IMG/VR virus record: IMGVR_UViG_3300016476_000893
Coordinates: 2,211 to 66,210 of that record
DNA: 64,000 bases
Source of the DNA: a virus
Strand: one strand, 5' to 3'
This document shows, one piece after another, positions 37,169-45,561 of this stretch. Positions within the stretch are counted from its first letter, which is position 1; each line of letters opens with the position of its first letter. Under the pieces are notes generated by a model, which saw nothing but the letters and a program-made list of their open reading frames with translations, did not search any database and had not been told where the DNA came from. The translations under genes were made by a program, and so were the position numbers.

Positions 37169-37816
37169 ATGAGCAAAAAGCAAAATACAAATAAATTGAC
37201 TTTTATCATACTATCTGCTGGTGGTGCTAGTAAAGGACTGCCAAAAAGTCTGATAAATATAGACGACTTTAAATTGATTGACTATCAAACATCTTTGATT
37301 AAGAAGTCGTATCCTTCTGCTGAAATATTGCTGGTCTGCGGCTTCGACTCGAAGAGGGTTGTGAAATATATACATTCGTCAAGCGTATGCAGCCACATTA
37401 GGGTTATTGACAACACCAACTTTAAAACTACATCGTCGCTGCACAGTTTAAAACTTGCAGTAAATAGCATGTGTGAGTCAAGTATATTTGTTATACATGG
37501 AGATAGAATACTAAATAACGAGGCTATACAAATCAATGATATTGATGTTCCATTTGTTGTGATAGATAGAAATAATCAAAACAAAGAGTGTGTTGGAATT
37601 GCTTATCAAGACGACTACCTAAGAAATATGTCTTACGGCCTTAAAACAAAATGGGCTGGTTTATTTTATGTTCCACAATCTATCTTTTATCCAATAAGAG
37701 ATTGCTGTAATACACTAAAGTCAAACTCAAATATATATGAACTCATAAATATGATTAATGAGTCACATCAATTTCGAACATATGATAACAAAAATATAAA
37801 GATAAGAGAAGTATGA
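37169..37816 (+). CDS. sugar/choline-phosphate nucleotidyltransferase-like protein
   Basis: IILSAG....LPKSLI, EILLVCGF, N..F.TTSSLHSL, VIHGD. Confidence 0.78.
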   Translation: MSKKQNTNKLTFIILSAGGASKGLPKSLINIDDFKLIDYQTSLIKKSYPSAEILLVCGFDSKRVVKYIHSSSVCSHIRVIDNTNFKTTSSLHSLKLAVNSMCESSIFVIHGDRILNNEAIQINDIDVPFVVIDRNNQNKECVGIAYQDDYLRNMSYGLKTKWAGLFYVPQSIFYPIRDCCNTLKSNSNIYELINMINESHQFRTYDNKNIKIREV

Positions 37817-38562
37817 GAGTTTTAGTAATAAATAATAAAAACAACGATCTAAAATTTACAAATTTGGTGTGCCACACCATGAACGATGTTTCAAAAACAT
37901 ATCCAGAGGTTGTGGTTGGTTTTGTAAATAATTCAGTATCAGATAAAGATATTTCGGATTTTTCTCCGTCTGTAATAATACATAACGACGATTTTGGAAT
38001 ATATGATAAGTATTTCAATATCCTCATTAGAACCGGCAACAGTGTAATAAAGCCGATTAACGAAAATAGACCTATATTTAATCTTGATGATGTACATCCA
38101 TTTATCACGCTGCACAGAAAAGATTTTTACGACGAAAGATATGCGTGTGACGCATCCTATGTCGGCAAATGCTCAGAAGTTTTAAATGTTGCTAAACTAT
38201 TCAATTCTAAGAATCTTAACTTAAAAGTTTTCGGTACATATGATATAAAGATATCAAATTTTTGCGGCGGTATATTTAATTTGTACAAAACGTTTAAAAT
38301 GTCTAAAGTTTCATTTGTGAATAATGTTCAGCGATTATACGATTGTGTATATAATGATGGTAGACCAATATTATTGGATACCAGCAAACCCATTCCAGAT
38401 TTTACTTCTCCATTAGAACTATACGATGGAACCAACATTAAAAGTAAAAACGATCTAATAAAATCTGACACCAACTTCGATAGAATGTCTAAGATATTAA
38501 GCGACTCTGGTTTATCCAGTTTTTCTAAATTAGTATCTTCAGCTAAAAAAGAGTTTACTTAA
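37813..38562 (+). CDS. hypothetical protein, GT-B-like
   Basis: MRVLVIN...SPSVII Rossmann-like start; YACDASYVG...LKVFG resembles CgeB-like GTs. Confidence 0.55.
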   Translation: MRVLVINNKNNDLKFTNLVCHTMNDVSKTYPEVVVGFVNNSVSDKDISDFSPSVIIHNDDFGIYDKYFNILIRTGNSVIKPINENRPIFNLDDVHPFITLHRKDFYDERYACDASYVGKCSEVLNVAKLFNSKNLNLKVFGTYDIKISNFCGGIFNLYKTFKMSKVSFVNNVQRLYDCVYNDGRPILLDTSKPIPDFTSPLELYDGTNIKSKNDLIKSDTNFDRMSKILSDSGLSSFSKLVSSAKKEFT

Positions 38563-39017
38563 TGAAAACATTAGTCATAACAGAGCATTTGGGATTCTCT
38601 GAAAAAAATTACATAATATTTTCCGAGATCAATAAAATAGTAAGTAGTTCGCTTGATGATGTGTCTGTAGCTCCTATAGACCTCAGCAACAAACTTATGG
38701 ATTTGAACTTCGCTGTCTTGAACGTCTCAGAACTTAGCTCGTTTCAGAACGGCCTAATAATAGGGACAACAGTTAATCACGCTATAGAGATGGCTTCTGT
38801 TTATACCAGCTCAAAAAAATTAATATATCTATGGGAACTAGACTGGCTTTTTAATAATTATGATTATGAAAAAGTTTATGACGCACTTACAAACAAAAAA
38901 ATACAACTTATAACGAGATCTGAAGAGCATAGAAAAGCAGTAAAAATACTATGCGGAAGAGAATCGTCTGTTTTACAAGAATTTGAATTGGAGAAAATAT
39001 GGACTTTGCTAGAATAA
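38562..39017 (+). CDS. hypothetical protein, GT-B N-domain-like
   Basis: LIIGTT...KKLIYLWELDW pattern. Confidence 0.55.
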   Translation: MKTLVITEHLGFSEKNYIIFSEINKIVSSSLDDVSVAPIDLSNKLMDLNFAVLNVSELSSFQNGLIIGTTVNHAIEMASVYTSSKKLIYLWELDWLFNNYDYEKVYDALTNKKIQLITRSEEHRKAVKILCGRESSVLQEFELEKIWTLLE

Positions 39018-39805
39018 ACAAAGACAAACTGATAGACCTGTATGTTCGCCAGAAAATGAGTAGCTATGAAATAGCAAATATTTTTAATACAAACTCTACA
39101 AAAATATTGAGAGCCTTAACATTCTTAGGTATCAATCGTAGAGGCTACAGCGAGGCACAGACTCATTCTCTTGAGAAGGGGCGGTCTTCTCACCCAACGA
39201 AGGGTAGGCCGCTAAACACGGCTCATAAAGAAAAGATTGGTCACGCCAGAATGAAGGCTTGGGCAAATATGAGTGGTGAAGAGCGTATGGAAATGAGTCG
39301 AATCAACAAAGAAAAATGGGACGCAATGAGCGAGTCTGAAAAAGAAGAGCTTAGAAGCCTCGCGTTGCAGGCTGTCAGAGAAGCCAGTCAAAGCGGCTCT
39401 AAGACAGAAAGACATATCAAGAACGGTTTAGAAGCCAATGGATACACTGTGGAATTTCATAAAACAGGTCTTGTTTCTCACTCTACACTCGAAGTCGACT
39501 TGTTTTTGCCAGAGTTAAAAACTGCTATAGAGATTGACGGACCTGGACATTTCTCACCAATATGGGGTGAAGAAAAAATGAGGAAACAACAGAGTGCTGA
39601 TAATGTTAAGCAGGGTATCTTGATGGATGCTGGTTATGTTGTTATAAGAATTCGGCAGCTTGACAAGACTGTATCATTGACGAGAATGAACATGTTGCTT
39701 AAAGTAATACTAGAGGAAATTGCCAAAATACAAACCAAGTTTCCAGAAAAGTCAAAAAGATTAATAGAGATAGAGGTTAAAAATGGAGAATCTAGAAGAA
39801 TCTAA
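38999..39805 (+). CDS. putative homing endonuclease: HTH + NUMOD3-like + Vsr/DUF559 nuclease
   Basis: N-terminal HTH, HKEKIG..RMKAW repeats, SKTE...EVDLFLPELKTAIEIDGPGH. Confidence 0.78.
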   Translation: MDFARINKDKLIDLYVRQKMSSYEIANIFNTNSTKILRALTFLGINRRGYSEAQTHSLEKGRSSHPTKGRPLNTAHKEKIGHARMKAWANMSGEERMEMSRINKEKWDAMSESEKEELRSLALQAVREASQSGSKTERHIKNGLEANGYTVEFHKTGLVSHSTLEVDLFLPELKTAIEIDGPGHFSPIWGEEKMRKQQSADNVKQGILMDAGYVVIRIRQLDKTVSLTRMNMLLKVILEEIAKIQTKFPEKSKRLIEIEVKNGESRRI

Positions 39806-40478
39806 TCAAGTGCCAGACAGGCTTTCGCCAGAATGGCATGACTATGTAATGTCTCATTTTAAAGAATATGAGATGTTTGATGGTTATCCGACAACGGCTG
39901 GTTTGAGAAGGGTGTGTGAACTTTTGATAGGACCAATAACTAAGAGCGGACCTTCTACAGTGTTTCCAGTTCAAGGAAATGGCTTAGGAAGAGCGACTGT
40001 AGTATATACAATATCTGTTGTTAATCAGTTGTCTGACAGCTTTGCTCAAACTCTCGAATATTCAGACGTTGCCGACGCATGGGAAGGAAACACTGATGAT
40101 ATATTCTGTGCTCATGCTGTAGCTACAGCATCGACGAGAGCGGAAGGTAGAGCTTTAAGAAAATTATTAAAATTACGAACACTTGCTGCCGAAGAGATCT
40201 GCAAAAAGGATATATCAAAGTATATAGCTAACGAAGAGCGAGAGTCTACATCGGAAGAAAGGATCACAAAAGATCAAATTAATTTCATTAACATGAAGTG
40301 TAAAAAACTTGATATTGACGTTATTAATTTCATAAATTCTGGATCTGAACAGTATAAAAGCGTTTATTCAATTCAAAGAGAGACTGCTGCTAAGATGATT
40401 AAGAAGCTGCAATCTATCGACAGAGATGGCGATATTGACGAAAAATTAAAGGGTTATAAAGAAGATTGGAATAAATAA
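39783..40478 (+). CDS. putative single-strand annealing protein (Rad52/Sak-like)
   Basis: GLRRV...ATVVY...AVATASTRAEGRALR core, with a C-terminal ITKDQ..FI helical domain. Confidence 0.55.
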   Translation: MENLEESNQVPDRLSPEWHDYVMSHFKEYEMFDGYPTTAGLRRVCELLIGPITKSGPSTVFPVQGNGLGRATVVYTISVVNQLSDSFAQTLEYSDVADAWEGNTDDIFCAHAVATASTRAEGRALRKLLKLRTLAAEEICKKDISKYIANEERESTSEERITKDQINFINMKCKKLDIDVINFINSGSEQYKSVYSIQRETAAKMIKKLQSIDRDGDIDEKLKGYKEDWNK

Positions 40479-40882
40479 TGAAGTTGACATACACAACAAA
40501 AGACGGGCGAATCACTGTAGAGCTAGAAGCTGCTAACGATAAAGAAATGTTTAGAAAGTTAGCAAGATTTCAGGAGATTTATGAGGATACTCCGGCAGCA
40601 GATATCAACGGTAAGCGAGTTGAGGGCGGAGATATAGTTTATAGAGCGCGTAAGTCAAAATATCTAGACAAGAAAACAAATAAAGAAAAAGACGCTGAAT
40701 ATTTTGAAAGAGTCGTTGTGTCTGGACCGTTAACTCTATTTAAAAAAGGGTACGGAGTTCTTGACGATCAAACAGATAATCTTTTCCCGAAAAGAATGTC
40801 AAGGGATGAAGAAAATTACAACAAGTATATACATGGATATAATGGTTGGATGAAATGGGATGGAGGCACGAAAGAGGATTAA
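40478..40882 (+). CDS. hypothetical protein
   Basis: 134 aa, last gene of the plus-strand block. Confidence 0.65.
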   Translation: MKLTYTTKDGRITVELEAANDKEMFRKLARFQEIYEDTPAADINGKRVEGGDIVYRARKSKYLDKKTNKEKDAEYFERVVVSGPLTLFKKGYGVLDDQTDNLFPKRMSRDEENYNKYIHGYNGWMKWDGGTKED

Positions 40883-40900
40883 TTATATACTAAGTTGTTT

Positions 40901-40934
40901 GCCCCGTAGATTTTATCTGCGGGGTTTTATTTTA
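40901..40934 (+). terminator. Rho-independent terminator at the convergence of the two blocks
   Basis: GCCCCGTAGAT-TTT-ATCTGCGGGGT stem-loop followed by TTTATTTT. Confidence 0.8.
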
Positions 40935-42831
40935 TCTTTATATGACCTATTCCGCCCCATCCGCAGCCAACAACTTTCTCTGATACTCTCCACCCATTAT
41001 TTTCAGCCTCAGACACAGCTTCTTTCCATATTACATCCGCGTGGCAGTCACACATCTCATGATATACCGCGTCTGTATGATCATGAAAAAAGATAGATCT
41101 AGGATCTAACGACTTGGCAAACTCCCAGTCTAATCGCGTTCCATCTTCACTGTGATCACCGTCTATAAACACCACGTCGTATGGGCCGAGAGACCTAAGT
41201 TTGTTTTGAATTTCAACGTCATGACTGCTGCCAATAATTAGATTTTCATATGAGTTTTCTTCAGTTGGATTTATATCAACGCTAATTATATTCGCTATCT
41301 GAGGTAGCAATCTCTTTATATGGTATTCAAGTCCGCCATTTCTAGAGCCTATTATTAATATGCTGTTATACTGACTTATTTCATTTATGAACCACTCGAA
41401 CTCTCTTTTATGCTGCTCTATTTTCGGACCAACCTTATACCTTCTTGATTCCCACTCTAACTGTTTATGTATAATCGCTTTCATTAGTGAGTCATCATAT
41501 TGCCTTAGCCAAGGCGAGTTATCTTCAAATACACAATAAGCATTATTTGGAGAGCAGTGGTCTCCAGGCCATGATTCAGTTCCGCCATATTTCAACTGAA
41601 ATGGCTTTAGTATTCCTTTATTGTCGAACATGGATTGTGTTCTAAAATTATAGAAAGTTCCGCTATAATGCCATTTATGTTTAGGTGTTAATGGGCGAAA
41701 ACCAAAAGTTCTAAAACTTCCTACAAAGTCATAGCCTTCTTGCATTTTCTCTACAGTTTCATCCAAGTTAAATGAGACTGTTTCATACATAAATTCTGAC
41801 CACAACCTTACAGCTAGTGAGTTTCGCGTATGAGATCTTTGCCCTTTTGCATGTCCATATATTGTTATACTGTCTCCAGTATCTACCAACTTTTGAAATG
41901 CAGGAATAGTGGTAGATAGCTCGCCAAACATTTGCCCGCTAACATTTAAGTCGCCACTTGATTTCACATTTTTGTTTATAATATAATCGATATCATTTTG
42001 CGAAAAATAATCAATCACAGCTTGTGGAGAATCGGTTGTTTCATCATAGACAATTCCTATTATTTTTTTTCCATTGATGTTTGGTATTAAGTCTAATACT
42101 CTATCCGCGTGCCACTCCCAAGACCCCTTGACTGGCCAAAAGTGCCAAACGAGATTAAATATTGGCTTGTCTTTAAACGGTTTTGGGTTTGGCTTTAGTT
42201 TTGATATAGATTTAAACAAATTGTTTTGTTCGTTTGTTGGTCTGTTACTTACAACTATTTGGTGAGCATTACTTTGAGCAGCCGCAGGATTTGCTCTTTT
42301 CACTGCGGCTTTGTATTTTTTTGGCTCTACCTCTATACTAGAAGAAACTGCTGAGTCAAACCACTCCTCTATCTGTTTCTTTAGCAACCCAGTTTTTAAG
42401 TATTGGTCTGTTAATATACCTATCTTGTAAAAGATGTTGTTTGTATTCGAATACGCCCTACTACTGATTTTATCAACCATTTCACCTTTTACTGCTATAG
42501 CCTCGTTTTTAGTCATACCGTTTAACGATTGAATGTCTCTCTTACATTCTTCACAAGGAATATCAACTCCAGTTTTTTGCTTTATTATTTCTGATAGTTT
42601 GTCTCCTATGTTTGATTTTTGGACATATGTAGAACAAAAACCATCCGGATTAAATTTTGGGTTTTCTGGTTTTGTTGCTCCTAATTGACCGTTTTCCCAA
42701 GCGTTCCAGAAACTTAAACCGCAATCGAGAGTGTTGTCAACACCTTTACATTTATCAAATTTTTTTTGCCCCTTAATCATTTTGTGTCTGTTACAATATC
42801 CAGCTATTGGGCATTCACACTCTTTATTCAT
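40927..42831 (-). CDS. multidomain protein: Cys-rich N-domains + GT-like domain + class I SAM methyltransferase
   Basis: CECPIAGYC..H, PCEEC; YGHAKG...WHYSGTFY (GT-like); LIIGSRNGG...SVDI...VVFIDGDHS (methyltransferase). Confidence 0.75.
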   Translation of the reverse strand: MNKECECPIAGYCNRHKMIKGQKKFDKCKGVDNTLDCGLSFWNAWENGQLGATKPENPKFNPDGFCSTYVQKSNIGDKLSEIIKQKTGVDIPCEECKRDIQSLNGMTKNEAIAVKGEMVDKISSRAYSNTNNIFYKIGILTDQYLKTGLLKKQIEEWFDSAVSSSIEVEPKKYKAAVKRANPAAAQSNAHQIVVSNRPTNEQNNLFKSISKLKPNPKPFKDKPIFNLVWHFWPVKGSWEWHADRVLDLIPNINGKKIIGIVYDETTDSPQAVIDYFSQNDIDYIINKNVKSSGDLNVSGQMFGELSTTIPAFQKLVDTGDSITIYGHAKGQRSHTRNSLAVRLWSEFMYETVSFNLDETVEKMQEGYDFVGSFRTFGFRPLTPKHKWHYSGTFYNFRTQSMFDNKGILKPFQLKYGGTESWPGDHCSPNNAYCVFEDNSPWLRQYDDSLMKAIIHKQLEWESRRYKVGPKIEQHKREFEWFINEISQYNSILIIGSRNGGLEYHIKRLLPQIANIISVDINPTEENSYENLIIGSSHDVEIQNKLRSLGPYDVVFIDGDHSEDGTRLDWEFAKSLDPRSIFFHDHTDAVYHEMCDCHADVIWKEAVSEAENNGWRVSEKVVGCGWGGIGHIKIK

Positions 42832-42839
42832 TTTATTTC

Positions 42840-44528
42840 CTATTCTAGTACAGTAATCGTTATCGAGGTGCTAGGGTCTGATGTTCCAGGGCAGCATCCA
42901 ATACCACCACCAAGATTTCCACTAAAATCTATATTAAATGGGTCGCATGAAATAGATGAAGAGGTTCCAGTATAAGTGCAAACGCCATAATCTACAGTTA
43001 TTACCCATTGATTAGATCCATTACAAGAGAATGAAACTTCTAAAAGCTGTCCGCAAAAATATACACTTCCATCCCAGACAGCAGATGTTGTGCTAATAAT
43101 TGGAACAACAGTTGTCGTCCCAGCACAACCAGAACACCCCATAGTTATTTCAGCGAACAACGTTTTTGGTATTGTCCGAGGACAGCATCCAGTTGATACA
43201 CTTCCACAACTATCTCCGCACCAAGAACACTCTATTGTTATATACCACTCGTCTCCATTTGTATCAAAAAAGTTCCAAAACTTAAATGGGCTTGGACAAT
43301 TACCTTCTTGTGACAAGTTAACTTTACTTATAGTCGATGTTGGAGTAACAGAGTCTGGAGGTATAAGCTCCAATTCACAACATCTGTCTGTTATAATCCT
43401 GAGTAAATTTGAATGCAAAGATAATGAATTTAAAGATGTCAATTTTATTTTTATAATTCCTTGATTGACGCCAGTACCAGTATATTTAGCTTCTAGGTTC
43501 GAGTTAAAAAATGTGTCTAGTGTTGTTGTAGACGGTCTGCCACTTACAGACCCTAACGTAATCCATGCTGAAGAAACCCAATCATACGCTTCAAATACAA
43601 CATATGAGTCTTCGTTGTGTGATCTACCAATCCATTTTAAACTTAAACCTTTTCTATCTTCCGAGTCGAATTCATAAATAACAGACGAAGTGTTTGACGC
43701 TGAGGTTATCTCGTGTTCGTACTCATCAGAATAAAATAAAGCCCCTCCTATGGTGCATGGAGAATATGGTTGTTCTGTACCAGCAACAATTGTTCTAGAG
43801 TATGGAACAATTTCGTTTCCACCTTTTAGTTCTACAGACCATCCTGAGCTGCTCCAGACAGCTTTATAATCTCCTTCGTAGAAACCAGTTATTCCGCAGT
43901 CATCATAAGGTGTCTTAATAAGTTCCGCGCAAGCCAACTCGTTTGAACCAATCAACTGTAAAGACCCACCATTAGGTATTTTCCATATAGACATACACAA
44001 GCATCTGCACATGCATTTGCATCCGGAGCACTTTATCAAATTGAATATATCTAGCGAATTTGGGATAGAGATTGTTAATGTCCTGCCAGACCCAAGATCC
44101 CACTCTCCACCGAATTCAACACAAGCTTTTGTTTTCATGCCGTATTTACATTGGTAATCACTGGCTTGTTGTGTGTGGTCTATTAAAGATTGTCCATTAA
44201 GACTAAGGCTCGATATATTCCATTTTAAATAACATAGTGAATCGACAACCTCTAATCCGATAGTCATTGAGGCTGATTGGTTATCTATCGCAACGTTTCC
44301 AACAAATTGAACAACGCCACCGCTTCCGGTTGAACAAGTTCTTGTAAAAAAGAAAGACGAAGACCCATAAGAGTCCAATATAGAAACGCATAAAAATCTT
44401 GGTATACACTTGCAGCAATACTGTTGTACTGCTATAATTTCGCTTGTAGCAGCCTCACTGTCGTGCGGCGGACTCCAACAACCACCACAGCAACAAGAGC
44501 CACAAGAAGATCCTTTTGATTTCGCCAT
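42840..44528 (-). CDS. Cys-rich tail fibre/tip-associated protein
   Basis: About 38 Cys; repeated CC..P..L-type modules; follows the tail genes; ATG 44528 next to the upstream stop. Confidence 0.65.
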   Translation of the reverse strand: MAKSKGSSCGSCCCGGCWSPPHDSEAATSEIIAVQQYCCKCIPRFLCVSILDSYGSSSFFFTRTCSTGSGGVVQFVGNVAIDNQSASMTIGLEVVDSLCYLKWNISSLSLNGQSLIDHTQQASDYQCKYGMKTKACVEFGGEWDLGSGRTLTISIPNSLDIFNLIKCSGCKCMCRCLCMSIWKIPNGGSLQLIGSNELACAELIKTPYDDCGITGFYEGDYKAVWSSSGWSVELKGGNEIVPYSRTIVAGTEQPYSPCTIGGALFYSDEYEHEITSASNTSSVIYEFDSEDRKGLSLKWIGRSHNEDSYVVFEAYDWVSSAWITLGSVSGRPSTTTLDTFFNSNLEAKYTGTGVNQGIIKIKLTSLNSLSLHSNLLRIITDRCCELELIPPDSVTPTSTISKVNLSQEGNCPSPFKFWNFFDTNGDEWYITIECSWCGDSCGSVSTGCCPRTIPKTLFAEITMGCSGCAGTTTVVPIISTTSAVWDGSVYFCGQLLEVSFSCNGSNQWVITVDYGVCTYTGTSSSISCDPFNIDFSGNLGGGIGCCPGTSDPSTSITITVLE

Positions 44529-44529
44529 T

Positions 44530-45561
44530 TTATTCCTCGCAAACAATAGAAGGACAGCAAAGACTTAGTATGTTCCAGTATCTTTGTGGTGGATCATAAG
44601 ATCCAGCAAAATGTAAACCAGCAGCTTCTTCATCGACATACATAAGAACAGCCTTACCTTTTCTTCCAGTTAGATCGACATTTGGCTCATTTAAAAAACA
44701 CCCATCGGTGTCGTAGACATATACGGCCTCGCCTTCTAAAATACTTCCATAAGGAACACCATTAAAAGTCCTTTGCCTTATTTCTACCAAAGCGGATCTT
44801 GTTGTAGGATCGCTACTTACTATGATAAAACTAATTATTTGTAAAGGTTCTCCAATGGCAGTCCAAACTTTTCTACTATCATCCCATCTGATATCAACAG
44901 GGCCAGATTTCCATAAAGATGGGTTTCTAAATGCATCTGGATGAAACTCCCCACTAGCAGTTCCAGACGGAACTGGATTATCATTTGTATCATACCCCCA
45001 ACCAGTCAATATTAAAGGAGCTTTTAAACCTACAGACCTATTTATAACGTTTTCGCTATACCCTTTTGAAGCTAGTTCTTTATATATAGAAAGATCTTGA
45101 TAACTACCGTTACCAACAGATGTGAACGTATTTGATAAAGCGATATTATGTCCGCTTTCAAAAAAAACGTCTGTTTCAAAAAATTCTCCTGACGAGAAAA
45201 TATTGTTTGGGTTGAATGGGTTTAAACTATTTGAGTTTATACCACTGTTTGTTGGTTTTTCCCAATATGGAAGCGATGCATGAGCTTCACCAGTGTTGTG
45301 TACAATAAAAGGACAAAATATTCCATCAAGACTAACAAGCCCAATATTTTCAAAGTCATTCCCAATAGAATTCATTGCCGTTTGCACGGTGCATATACCA
45401 ACCTCAACAACACCAATATTCTTTTGATCTAAGATGTTTTCAGGGGTTAAGCCCTTGACTGGGCTAGAGCTGTCTTTTAATATTATCGTCTGTGTAGAAA
45501 CGCGGCCAGTTATAACTGCGTGCGTCGGATTGAGATTAGTAGAGGAGTTTCTGTTATCCAT
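44530..45561 (-). CDS. minor tail protein
   Basis: 343 aa, coupled; position after the large tail protein. Confidence 0.6.
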   Translation of the reverse strand: MDNRNSSTNLNPTHAVITGRVSTQTIILKDSSSPVKGLTPENILDQKNIGVVEVGICTVQTAMNSIGNDFENIGLVSLDGIFCPFIVHNTGEAHASLPYWEKPTNSGINSNSLNPFNPNNIFSSGEFFETDVFFESGHNIALSNTFTSVGNGSYQDLSIYKELASKGYSENVINRSVGLKAPLILTGWGYDTNDNPVPSGTASGEFHPDAFRNPSLWKSGPVDIRWDDSRKVWTAIGEPLQIISFIIVSSDPTTRSALVEIRQRTFNGVPYGSILEGEAVYVYDTDGCFLNEPNVDLTGRKGKAVLMYVDEEAAGLHFAGSYDPPQRYWNILSLCCPSIVCEE

